From Octopus bimaculoides (taxonomy: Eukaryota), in NCBI RefSeq assembly GCF_001194135.2, contig NC_068997.1:56348776-56412775 (forward strand): DNA of 64,000 nt. Reading direction: 5' to 3'. How positions within the stretch are numbered: the stretch's first letter is position 1; each line of letters opens with the position of its first letter. The position numbers were made by a program, and so were the translations under genes. The notes below the pieces were generated by a model. The model was not told the origin of the DNA and made no database searches. It saw nothing but the letters and a program-made list of their open reading frames with translations. This document shows, in pieces, positions 1 to 11,912 of the stretch.

Positions 1-239
1 GTATTGAGCTCCAGTGGCCAGAAGATACTTGCCCAACACCTGGTGTGGTAGGATCAAATACAGAACCCTATGGTATTGATGGGAACTCCTTAATCCTAAA
101 ACTTGTCTTACATTGTTAGACACAAATTCCTGAATAACCTTAAAAAACTGCTGTTAAAATACATGTCTAACCAGCAAACAAATAGTGAATGACCACGGTC
201 AATGGAATGTTCTAGGTATATTTAAAGCACATTAGTCAG

Positions 240-750
240 TCATCATCATCATCATCATCATCGTTTAACGTCCGCTTTCCATGCTAGCATGGGTTGGACG
301 ATTTGACTGAGGACTGGTGAAACCGGATGGCAACACCAGGCTCCAGTCTGATTTGGCAGAGTTTCTACAGCTGGATGCCCTTCCTAACGCCAACCACTCA
401 GAGAGTGTAGTGGGTGCTTTTACGTGTCACCCGCACGAAAACGGCCACGCTCGAAATGGTGTCTTTTATGTGCCACCCGCACAAGCCAGTCCAGGGGCAC
501 TGGCAACGATCTCGCTCGAAAATCCTACAGGAGCCAGTCAGGCGGTACTGGCAACGGCCACGCTCAAAATGGTGCATCTCATGTGCCACCCGCACAAGAA
601 CCAGTCCAGGGGCACTGGCAACGATCTTACTTGGCTTGCCGGGTCTTCTCACGCACAGCCCATTTCCAAAGGTCTCGGTCCGTAGTCATCGCCTCGGTGA
701 GGCCCAATGTACGAAGGAGTCATCGCCTCGGTGAGGCCCAATGTACGAAG
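240..750 (-). mobile_element. 5'-truncated RTE-clade LINE: last 29 codons of the ORF, 3'UTR and (ATG)n tail
   Basis: Minus strand 716-627 reads LRTLGLTEAMTTDRDLWKWAVREKTRQAK*, a typical RTE ORF C-terminus. It is followed by a GC/CpG-rich UTR with a ~113-bp internal duplication (441-512 vs 554-627) and the terminal motif CCAACCCATGCTAGCATGGAAAGCGGACGTTAAACGATGATGATG. Confidence 0.85.
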
Positions 751-847
751 TCTGCTATTGAATTCTTAACATACACCACCACCACCACCACCATCACAAC
801 AACAATAACAACAACAACACTGTTTCCTGTTGTGATTCTCTTCATAG

Positions 848-1061
848 AATTTGTATTGAATTTTGTAATGAAACATTCAGTCTGTGCAGTGAAGCCAGGG
901 AGATCAAACATGACGAAAGCCACCACACGGAAGGAAAAATCCAAACAGTGTGTTTCCTTGAAACTATTGCCATTCTCAGAGCTGAACATTTAGAATTAAC
1001 CGATTTGATGAAAGTTGATCTGAAGAAACATAAATTTCTAAGATTGACTAATGAAGGCTGA
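848..1061 (+). CDS. Candidate terminal coding exon, product unknown
   Basis: Acceptor-like TTCTCTTCATAG ends at 847, then a 70-codon open frame (ICIEFCNETF...KFLRLTNEG) to TGA 1059-1061, and AATAAA at 1144-1149. No recognised homology, and other frames here are also open. Confidence 0.2.
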
Positions 1062-3531
1062 ATTAGCCAAAGAATACACCAAAATTTGCTCAAGTTCATT
1101 GATAAAGTGAGACAGGCTTTAACATGCTTGCTGCAGGTGCCACAATAAATACATTAATCTTCTTTACTTGGCTGCTATCATTTATCTCCATCATTGCTTT
1201 CTCTAAATACCTAATCCCCCCCTCCTCCTCCTCTTCTTCTGTCTTCATCAATAATTGGTAGAGAGACTGAAATGTGTCTGTTTTGCTTATTTTGCTAAGG
1301 TTGCTTTAAAACAATGTTGGAATGCATAGCAATGGGTGTGAATGAGCTGTGCTGCACAAAACCACAGACGTTCTGTGTTCAAATGGTACCATTGAGATCA
1401 TAATGTTGTATCATGGAGCCAGCCCGTCGATGTCATTCAACCTGCTAGAACCAGTCCTTGTGGAATCGTAAACGAATTATAATGACTCAGATAAGGACAG
1501 AGTTATAGCTATGTGAATAAATGGGGTGGTTATGGCTGGAGCACCTTTGGTCATTGGTCTGTTGAATCAGAAACAACAACAACAACTCCATGTTTTCCAA
1601 GACTAAGTCAATAAGACATAGAAATTCAATATTATACATTGAGAAAAACCAACGGGAAAAGAACAATTGTTATAAAAAAGATTTGATACAAACAAAGCAA
1701 AATTGATAGATAACTAGATTGTCATATATTACTGTTATGTCAATCTTGATATTATATCAATCTTGACATTATGTCAATATTGACATTGTTAATTGTATCA
1801 CTTTCAATATTGTCATTAATGCTAATATTGGCATTGCATCAACAAAGGTTTAATGCATCCACAAAGCAGCATCTTTTATGAAGGCATTGATGAGACTTTG
1901 GGAAACTCTTGACTAGTCTTTGCTGAAAGCCTGCCGCTAGGTCTCCTCACATGCACACACACACATGCACGCACGCACGCACGTACCTTTGAGATTTTGT
2001 TAATTGCTTTCAGAAAAGTTTTAATTAATATAGGGAATGCATAGCATTTAATTAAATCCACTGGCTGTTTATTCATTAGGAGAAGATAATTCAAGTGATG
2101 ACATATTTTGTTCAATTTAAAGAAAATGTCTGGTTGCACTCCCCTTCTCATTCCCCTACCCCACCCAGAAAACTGAAAGAATTGGATCAAGTGTCTTCCC
2201 TCGAATGCTCAATATTGATTTCCAAGTGAGATGTTCAATATAAGGAATACCAAAAAATGTGACTGAATCAACATGGTTGGCTACTGGTAGCAGAGGACAT
2301 TGCACTGGACTCAGTGTGCTCAAGACTACAGAAAGAAATGTGTCCTTATTTTCCAAGGTATGATTTTAGGGAGACGTGGCTACTATTTCCAGCAGGTGAA
2401 GTGACGACTACACAAAGCCTCTTTATTCATATGGGTGATACACAACAGATGAAGAAATATAATAAGTTGCAGGAAAAGGGTTTCTGAAGAGGAGGAAAAC
2501 CAAGGAATTAGTGAAAGCAGAAGGGTTAGGGTTATGTTGAATGTCACAGATGGGATGACACAGAATTATATTACATGAAGAAAGGTTATTTTACAGATCT
2601 GTCCAACCCACTCTGTATGTTAAATTTAGGAAAATGACAAAAGCTTTAAGTGAACTTTGGTTTTGAGGACCTGTTTTCCAAATCTTACACTAATTAAAAC
2701 AAAAGACATTTCAAAGTTAAGAAGAACATTGATTTCATATTTTATGTCACAGTGCCTCTGAGAATTTTACCAAACTCGAGAATTCTGATTCCATCTTTAA
2801 CAAATGTTTGATTGAAGAAAAATTAATCAGTTTTGAATTAGAACTTTTTTTTAATCCTTTTTTTCTTGTTAGAATTACTTCCATGATTCAGAAATTTCCA
2901 TTTAAATCTAATTTAAATGTAATTACCCTAAATCTAGATGTAAATCCATGAATGAATATTCTTTACTTTCAGTCCTAATCTGTCACACTGTGATATTTCC
3001 TCTTTAAACCACAGCACTTCAATTTACTGTTTGACGATAAATGAATAGATAGGAAGAATGGACAAGATATATTTAAAAGTTATTCAAGATAGAGAAAACT
3101 CATAAATAAGCTGATTCTTTTCTTATCAAACAAAAGCAGAAAACATTAATTGAGATAATAACAATAATAATAATAATAACAACAAAAACAATAAGGCAAT
3201 GAAAAAATACCTAGATAACCTTATAAAATTCGAAACAAAAGAGAATGGAGACAGACTTTCCGAAATACATCAAAGAATTGTGAAGTTGCTTAAATAAATA
3301 ATTTTAAAATGCAAAAGGAAAACAAGCAGTAAATTGAGGAAAAATAATGGTTTGAGGAATTGTTTATCATGTGAGAACAGACATTAATGTAAGGGAAAGA
3401 ACAACAAAAGAATTAATAAGTTTTTGAAGGACAAAATGACTTAATGTAGTGATTGTTTCTGTTGATTAACAAACTACTTTTTTAAGCTAATTCTTATATT
3501 TCAGTATATATCAATACATGCATACATGCAT

Positions 3532-3589
<58 letters not shown>

Positions 3590-5475
3590 TATATGTGTGT
3601 GTTTGTGTAAAGAGAGAGAAACAAAATCTTCCAGGAATGTGATGTGTGTAGCTGGTGGTCTCACTATCAGGCTATGCAATAATAATATAAACATGCAATT
3701 TGGTGAGAAATTGTGGCTTTGAATTACTCAATCATTCAATTATATATTGAACTCCATCATGATATCCATACATTCATTTTGGTAGGTGGAGCAAGAGGAA
3801 AGTACAGCCTAAACTACCTTGGAGTATTCAAATTATTTTCCATAATATATTCTTGAAAAGCACTCTTTGTTTAAATTTTAAATAACATTTTACAAATAAT
3901 GTTGTCATTGACTAAATGTGTTCTACTCTGTGTAAGCCAATCACTGATTCGTTTCATTATAATGTAAAGAGTGACAAAGAGACTCTTTTCTTTGCAATTT
4001 GGATGGAACAAAAACCATGCAAAGCATTTTGCTTGAACATATTGATTTATTGGGTTATAGTTTTCTCTGTTTGTGCCGATGTTTACATCAACTCCACCGT
4101 TACAGGTTCAATCCCATTACATCCCACATAGGGCAAGTGTAGTTTAGTGTAACAGCCAGTTGTTGAAAAATACCTTGCAAAAGAATCTGGTATAATGTGG
4201 TTATGTGATTAAGGAGTCACTTCTGAAGCACATAATTTTGAGTTCATTCCCACTAGAAGGCACCTTGATTAAATGTCTTCTCTTATTGCCCTGGGCCAAT
4301 CAAAATATTATGAGTGGATTTGGTGGATGGAAAATAAAAGAAACTTATCTTAAACATAAATGAATAACAGTTAAGGTGTCAGTCTATTACGGCCATTTCC
4401 TACGACTCCTTTTGTTTTTGTCAAATGAATTCATGAACTTCAAAATTGCACGTCTGTGTATGTTTGTATGTTTGCATGAGTGAATTCATATATGTCCTCA
4501 TCCTCTCTGTGTTCACAGGTTGTAAACCAATGGCCTTTCTGATGCCATCATCTGTCTGTGGTCCACTGGTCATCTGCTATATTGTGCCATCATTGAAGTG
4601 CAAAGGCTCATTCGGACAGTGTCATTTGTTTCCAGTTCTCCCTGTAACCATGTCCAGGCTGCTTATTGATTGACAGACTGGACATCATTACCATGACAGG
4701 TTGGTTGTCAGACAGGTCAATGAAATATAGAAAACTCAGCCTCAATGTACTCATCTGATCCTTGCAAACACAGAAAATAGATGTTAAAACAATGGTAATA
4801 TGTACACAGCTAGCTAGATAGACAGACGGACAGCCAGATAGACTGACAGACAGACAGATAGATAGATAGGCAGACAGACAGACAGAAAGATAGACAGATA
4901 TATAAATAGATATGTGCTTTTGTGTGTGTGTGTGTGTGTGTGTGTATGCTTTTTGTGTATCCCAAAGGGCTGATGGCAGGAAAGACATCCTGGCTGAAAA
5001 ACACTTAAAAAAATCAAGAAACCACGTTGCATATGTTTACAGCTGTCAGAGGTCCAAATGACTGACCCCGAATTTAGCAGGTAAATATGACCTGTGTTGT
5101 GTATTGTTGTGTGTCTCTGTGTAAAACATGTAATGTTTCTGTCTTTCCAATTTTCCTCAACCAAAACCACCAAAACCCAAAACTAGAATCTATCTTTGCT
5201 TGACGTGTGGCTGTGATTGTTCATTCATCATCCAATTTACTGTTTAAATATTTGGATTGACAATCTAATTCCTTACCAGATACGCAAATGTCTATCTTGT
5301 GTTTATTGGAACTAGGAATTACCAAGACCAGAAAGCTTTAAGCTGTCAGAAATTATAGCAATTGCAACAGTGTCCATTACCAAATAAGGTGAGATTGTCA
5401 GTTTGTTAGTTGTGCAATGTGGCTTGTCAAAAGATTGAACACTCTCTGTGAAATCTCTCAGGAGCTGAACAGGCA

Positions 5476-5850
5476 ACACGCACACACACACACGCACACT
5501 CATGCATGCATGCACACACACATGCATGCATGCACACACACACACACACACACAAACATGCCCCCATACACACATGCACTCACATGCAGCCACACACATG
5601 TACACACACACACACACTCACACATGTACATACACATTCGTACATACACACACATACACACTCATCCAAAAACATGTATATGCACTCACACAGATACACG
5701 CATGCATATATATGTGTACATTCACACACAAACATGCACTCACACACATGTGCATGCACACATGCACTTGTATACCCATACACATGTGTATGCACATATA
5801 TGCACACACACACACATCATACATGCACTCACGCACACACACACACACAC
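5476..5850. repeat. Compound (CA)n / CATG-interrupted microsatellite
   Basis: About 375 bp of alternating purine-pyrimidine CA/TACA/CATG units. It explains the HT/CV-rich ORFs in the track. Confidence 0.9.
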
Positions 5851-6672
5851 AGAACATAAAGGTACTTGTGTGTCAAACCAGGCAAATCTATCAAGTTCCA
5901 AGCTAAAGACTATTGTCAGCTGCTTTTTATGTCCTGTCAGAACAACTGAGTGATGACTCATTCTGCCAAATTCTTCAGCAGCCAATCACCTAATGAAAAT
6001 CTCAAAAGGATTCTAGCCAATGAGGGAAATTTCTTCACACAGTCATCAGCTGCTAGAAACAACAGTGAAATCCCTGTTTAATTGATCCCTATTGTTATTC
6101 CCAATGTATTCCAGTTCAAGGAGAGACACCATTTGGAGGGGTTTCTTCTCAGATCTTGGTCCCACCATCTTTGTATTCTTGCCAACAATACCCAACCCAC
6201 CTTTATATTCTGCAGAGTGGCAATGTGTTGTCTCAAAAGCTAAACACCTGTTCTTGTCTTTCTGGCAAAAAGCCACCTCTTTCCCTCTGCTACAACCCCA
6301 CTCTGTCAAAGGGTTTTCCCGTTGTTTTGTGAGGCACTTGGGACCTCACTAGGGCTGGTTTCATGAAAAATACACCCCTGACACTTCATAAACTGGCTGG
6401 TATTAGGGAAGACATGGATCTATAGAAACTATGCCAAAGCAGACATTGGAGTTTGAGACCGAATGTTCTTAAGCTGTCCAACCCATGCCAGCATGAAAGA
6501 TGGATATTAAATGATGATGATGATGATGATATATAGCAGGTCCCTGTGTGTCACAAAAGGTAACTAGTAGAATATTCCTCAGCCTCTTTATTAGGATATT
6601 CTTCTATCTCTAAATTTTCACTTCTTCCAATCATTAGACTGTAACCAAGCTGGAGCACCACCTTGACTTATC

Positions 6673-6720
6673 ATTTCTGATGAAGGGATATCCCTAATAT
6701 CCCAGAAACAGCTGTAAGAC
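6673..6720 (+). ncRNA. Minimal type I hammerhead-ribozyme-like motif (Penelope-associated type)
   Basis: CTGATGA (6677-83), stem II GGGATA/TATCCC, GAAA (6705-08), palindromic stem III CAGCTG, TA cleavage-site triplet end, then AGAC. Stem I is weak (TTT/AGA with one G-U). Confidence 0.6.
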
Positions 6721-7019
6721 TAACTTTCTCTTTATAAATGTTCTGAAAACTCCACACAACCTTGGCTTTGTTGTCTCATTTTATTCCCCCACACACACAC
6801 ACACACACACACTAACTGTATATATCATAATGATATTTATTCTCTGATTTGAAGTGACAATTTTTAAATATGAGCAAATGACCAAAGCAACTTTCACTCT
6901 GTAACTCATAAAGCCTTTGGGTTTGTTTATAAAAAAAAATTGTTTGTGTAGTATAAATGTGTGTGTGTGTGTGTATGTGTGTGTGTGTATACATGTCGGT
7001 TTTCTTTTACTTCCTAACT

Positions 7020-7152
7020 ACTAAACTCATGCATAAGCTTTGGTCGGCCCAAAGCTATAGTAGAAGATACTTACCGAAAGTGTTATACAGCAAGACTGAA
7101 CCGAGAACCATGGGATTTGGAAGCAAACTTCCCGCCACATAGACATGCCTGT
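7020..7152 (-). mobile_element. tRNA-derived SINE family A, 5' part
   Basis: Reverse complement matches the head ...CTATGTGG...CAAATCCCATGGTTCTCGGTTCAGTC... and the CTTCTACTATAGC...GACCAAAGC body of the full copies at 33.7, 45.2 and 53.6 kb. Confidence 0.75.
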
Positions 7153-7617
7153 ATCACATATTTTTTATCCCACCTGGGACAGTGTAGCAGCAGCAGCAGC
7201 AGCAGCAGCCATCATGTAAAGGAATTCATGAAGAGGGAAATGAAGAATTTGTTTCTTATTCTTGTTACGGAGAGGATTTTCGATGTTTTATGGAATGGAT
7301 TAGGAATGTTGTGTGATGCCAAACATTTGATGTAAGATACTTGGAAAACATAAAAGAAGAGGAAGAAAGACGAATGCTACCATTACTAACTCTGAATTAG
7401 GTTGGGATGGAATCAGCATTCTTCATAATATTGCCTTAATCTCTAAATATCCTTGCACAGAATATTCCATGTAAGACGTTTAATACCAGAAACTGTAAAT
7501 TTGAAGCTTTAATGCAAAAATATGAGATGAGCAAACAGGATTAACTCCTTTATGGCAGATATTTATAGCGGAACAGGAATGGTTAAATTATTTGTTTGTG
7601 TACATGGATGTGTGTGG

Positions 7618-7680
<63 letters not shown>

Positions 7681-7834
7681 AAAATTTACTGTTTTTTTTT
7701 CCTCCTTTCTGCCACTGACATGACAGTTGTGATAACATTCTCTTTTCAAATGCAACAGTTTTACGAGCATTTGATTAAGTACATTCTGTAGGAAACATGT
7801 TTATATACAGCAAGAATCATATATATGGGAATGG

Positions 7835-8050
7835 TAACATCATCGTCATCGTCATCGTCATCATCATCACTGTCATCGTTGTTATTGCCATCATCATCAT
7901 CTTCATTGTTGTCATTGTCATCTATATCACCACAGCTATCACTATCACCACCACCACCATCATCATAATCATCTTCACCTTTCTCCATACTGCCATCATC
8001 ATAATCATCATCATCACCTTCACCGACAAATCCAGTCCTGTCACCACCAT
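7835..8050. repeat. Compound (ATC/GTC/ACC)n trinucleotide low-complexity tract
   Basis: Degenerate ATC-based triplet array. It produces the poly-I and poly-D ORFs. Confidence 0.85.
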
Positions 8051-8144
8051 TAACATACAAACAAAATTATCGACCAGATCTGATATGTTGAAACATTTGA
8101 TGTTGCTCATCATCTTCATTATTTTAATTATTTAATTTAATTTA

Positions 8145-8181
<37 letters not shown>

Positions 8182-8274
8182 TGGATGGCTAAAAGTGATG
8201 TAAAACCAGAAACAGAGACTCTAATCTGTGCTGCCCAAGAGCAAGTACTAAGAACAAACTACATAAAATACAGA
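8182..8274 (+). mobile_element. Short internal fragment of an R4/Dong-type (RLE) non-LTR retrotransposon
   Basis: Translates WMAKSDVKPETETLICAAQEQVLRTNYIKYR, matching the conserved ETE-xLI-xAAQEQ-xLRTN motif that precedes the CCHC knuckle in R4/Dong-type elements. Flanked on both sides by (AAT)n. Confidence 0.7.
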
Positions 8275-8280
8275 ATGATG

Positions 8281-8316
<36 letters not shown>

Positions 8317-8451
8317 GCTATTAAAGCAACCAGCTTTTGGGGAGCTGCAATTAGCAAAAAGAGGGTTGTAAAAATAAGGCAAAACAAATTTTAAACTATT
8401 TCAGTTTGATGAATCAAATGGACAGATGTAATAATAATAAACCTTTCTACA

Positions 8452-8553
8452 CAGGCAGAGGTGTGGCTGTGTAGTAAGAAGCTTGCTTCCCAAACACATG
8501 GTTCCAGGTTCAGTCCCAGTGAGTGGCACCTTGGGCAAGCGTCTTCTACTATA
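8452..8553 (+). mobile_element. SINE family A, 5' part
   Basis: GTGGCTGTGTAGTAAGAAGCTTGCTTCCCAAACACATGGTTCCAGGTTCAGTCCC... with A-box-like and B-box-like motifs. Confidence 0.8.
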
Positions 8554-8658
8554 GCAAAGTTGACATTGGTGGGATTTAAACTCAGAATGGAAAGAGCTGG
8601 AAGAAACGATGCTAAGCTTTTGGTCAGACGTGCCAATTATTTTGCCAGCATGCTATCT
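8554..8658 (-). mobile_element. SINE family C, 5' part, abutting the family A fragment
   Basis: Reverse complement GCTGGCAAAATAATTGGCACG...GCTTAGC...TTCTGAGTTTAAATCCCACCAATGTCAACTTTGC matches the copy at 54.2 kb. Confidence 0.65.
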
Positions 8659-8812
8659 TAACAACAACAACAACAACAACAAGGAAAGTAATAATAAAAC
8701 TTCTTATGTAGTAACAGTATTGGAAATAATAAATTCATGTTGCAGATGCAGGCATAGATATGGAAGTAAAGAGAAAGAAATGAAGAGAACAGGTTTTAGA
8801 AGGACACATTAA

Positions 8813-8879
<67 letters not shown>

Positions 8880-10032
8880 AAGGCTGGAAGAGAGAGTTAC
8901 AAGTAATAAAGCATAACAGAAATCTAAGCACACAACTATACACACACACATAGATATACACATAAACACCCACCCCTACCCCCACCACCACCACCACCAC
9001 CACCACCACCACACAAATATTAGCAAAGAATAAGAAATAAGATCAGTGGATTAATAGATTGCTGGATTAAGGGTTAATTTAACGGCTATGAACAGCTAAT
9101 CTCCATAGAAAACAACATTATATAGTCTTTGAATCATGTTATCCTACACACACATATACACGTATGTGCGTATCTAAACACAAATACACACACATGTGTA
9201 TTTGTGTTTCTTAACTCATAATTAATGAAGTAATGTTGTTGTCATTGTTACCATTGCACAACATTCTTCTTACCATTTTCTTCTGTCATTTGTTCTTCTT
9301 AAAAGTCATTAAATGCTGCTCCAGACATTTAGGATTCAAACAAGATTCTTCGCACTAATTATTTATAACTCCTGCCAAATTTTACTTCACATTTTTGGAA
9401 TTTTCATTTGTTTTATATCTCAATTTATATGTTTTCAACAATAGTGTTGGTGATTGTAAGCTTAAAACAGGCAAAAATCACTGATTGACATCATTTCTGG
9501 TAGTTAGAGTAATAGGGGAATGTTTATAACTCAGTGCAGAACAATTATCTCAAGGATCTTCATCAGTGAGACACAAATGATTGTCTTCATACCAAAGTGA
9601 GCTAAGAAATACTGAGCACTTTTGGATGAATTTCTTTCAGATAACTGTGACTGGCTGGTGCCATTGAGAAAAGGACTGGAACTTTGAACAGCACATTGGT
9701 TAATGTACTTGTTTGAAGCTAGCTTCCCAAAGTACACAACTCTGTGTGCCTTGGGTATGTGCTGCCATTTGTTTTGGTGTAGTTGTCTTCAGTGTTGAAG
9801 GTGCTTTATGTAGGGCTGTGTGATGCCTGGTGGTACTATTGTCTGTATGTTATATATATTTGCTTAACTCCTGGTGTTCTAATCTTGTATTTGTTTTTGT
9901 TTTTTAATCATACCTAATGCACCTTTTAGTTTAGTGATTGTTTCTGTTTCCAGGTAACTTAATTAAGGTTATCTCCTCCTCCTCCTACTCTTCCTCCTCC
10001 TCTTTCATTCGTTCTTTCTTTCTATTCTGCGA

Positions 10033-10161
10033 TCAAATGCCACCAAGGTTGACTTTATTTTTCATATTTTGGAGGGGGTCGATAAAATAGGTGCCCGTTA
10101 AATATTGGAGTCAATGCTATCAAGTTAGCTCCTCCCCCAAAATTGTGCCAAAATTTGAAAC
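10033..10161 (+). mobile_element. SINE family C, 3' part
   Basis: GTTGACTTT...GGGGTCGATAAAATAGGTGCC...TGTGCCAAAATTTGAAACC followed by (ATA)n(ATT)n. Confidence 0.65.
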
Positions 10162-10671
10162 CATAATAATAATAATTATTATTATTATTATTTCTATTAT
10201 TATCATCACCACCATCATGATCATCGTCCTTGTTGTTGTTGATGTTGTTTAAATGATTTATCTAAACCGTAACAGTGTGGATGCAGACAAAATCCCCCTC
10301 TTCAGTAACATGATGTTGAGCCAATCGTAACAAAGACACTGATGCTTTCAATAGTTTAACACCCGACATGAATAGCTGGATATATTAAGTCCATATCTGC
10401 TGCAGTCTTAATCGTATGTTATTCCGGCAATACTCCATAGCAGTCACTTTGCACAAAACACTCATTTGTCTAAATTCTCCTCCCTTCCAATGCAATTTGA
10501 TCTGCAATAAAATTTATAAAAGCTTCAATCAGTCTGATAATAATGTGAATTCTGACAATAATGTTTGATTGTTGACCTGGTTGAGCTACAAACACAATGC
10601 TGGTTTCTTCCCAAGATATACTTTGTTCTTCCATCGGCCATTATCAGAGCAAGTGGTGATGGAGATGCAGT

Positions 10672-10706
<35 letters not shown>

Positions 10707-11379
10707 TGACAAACAGACAGGCAGACAGTAAGAGAAAGAGGAAGAAGAGAGAGAACGTGTGTGTGCGTGTGTGTTTAATTGTTGCGTTTCCCAGACAAAC
10801 TATTCAATTGTTTATTTGCTTTCAAAACTGCAGAAAGTTTTTAAAAGCCAAGATAACAACAAGGAATTGAATTGTATAGAGGTGGGTCTGTTGAGCCTCC
10901 GGGTAAAAACTATTTTAATGTTGGCTTAGCTACTCAATAATCAGCGCCAAGTTGTTGAATTTCTGTAGAGATGAAAGAGAAAAAACTAACAAGAATCTGT
11001 GAAACTAGAATACAGAAGAATCAGATATTGTGTGTGATGCTCACCAAATTTGTAAAGTACTATATTTCTTCTTCTTTATGTATCTTAAATATTCTTCAGG
11101 ACACTGGCAGAACTGGTAGAGTGTTAGACAAAAAGAAATTATACCATATAGCAATGGGTTATAATGTTTAAAATGAATGAGTTCAAATCCTGCTTAGATC
11201 TATTTTGCATTCTGTTGAATGTGTCAGATGTGGAAGCATGTGCCATTGCATAATGTTGCTGCATTCACCATTTATTGGTTTATTCCAAGGTCCTCCCTGT
11301 GGGCAATAAAGAAATAAAAAAATATGAAACCTGTAAAGACAGATAACCGACTGAATTGTAAGCATGCCAGGCAGCCTAG

Positions 11380-11528
11380 TGCCTGGTACTATTTCTTACA
11401 TCTTCGTGTTCTGAGCTCAAATTCCACTGAGGGTCAATAAAATAAAAGCCAGTTGAGCACTGGGGTCGATATAATAGACTTAGCCGATCCCTTCACCTGC
11501 TGTCCTTGTGCCAAAATTTGAGACCAAT
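11380..11528 (+). mobile_element. SINE family C, degenerate copy
   Basis: GTTCTGAGCTCAAATTCCAC...GGTCAATAAAATAAAAGCCAGTTGAGCACTGGGGTCGAT...GTGCCAAAATTTGAGACC. Confidence 0.65.
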
Positions 11529-11878
11529 TTATAATGATTTGAAAACAATGAGAAAAAATTTCATATTGGACAGAGACATTCGAATGCAAAAGGACTAAAG
11601 ATCAACGATTCACACATTTTACAATTTGGAGTGTTTATTGTTTCTTCGGGATAATGCCAGTGGTGGTAGGATGTTTGTAGCAATGCTTCTGCTGATGGTA
11701 GTGATGTTGTTGTTGTTGGTGGTGGTGATACTAATGGTGTTGGTAGTGTTGTTAATACAGACGTTTATGGCAGTCAAGTCTGAGATGGTGTGTTTGTGAC
11801 AGTAATGGTGTGGGTAGTGGAGGTGGTGATGATGAGGATTGCATTGGCACTATCAGTGCAGTTAGTGGGTGGAGAGTG

Positions 11879-11912
<34 letters not shown>

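Noticed and set aside
317-993. Long ORFs at the window start
   Set aside because: They are antisense or off-frame readings of the GC-rich RTE 3'UTR plus an (ACA)n tract.
5312-5953. Many ORFs rich in HT, CV, IY, ER, poly-I or poly-M here and throughout the track
   Set aside because: They are direct translations of CA, TA, GA and ATC microsatellites or N runs, with no coding signature.
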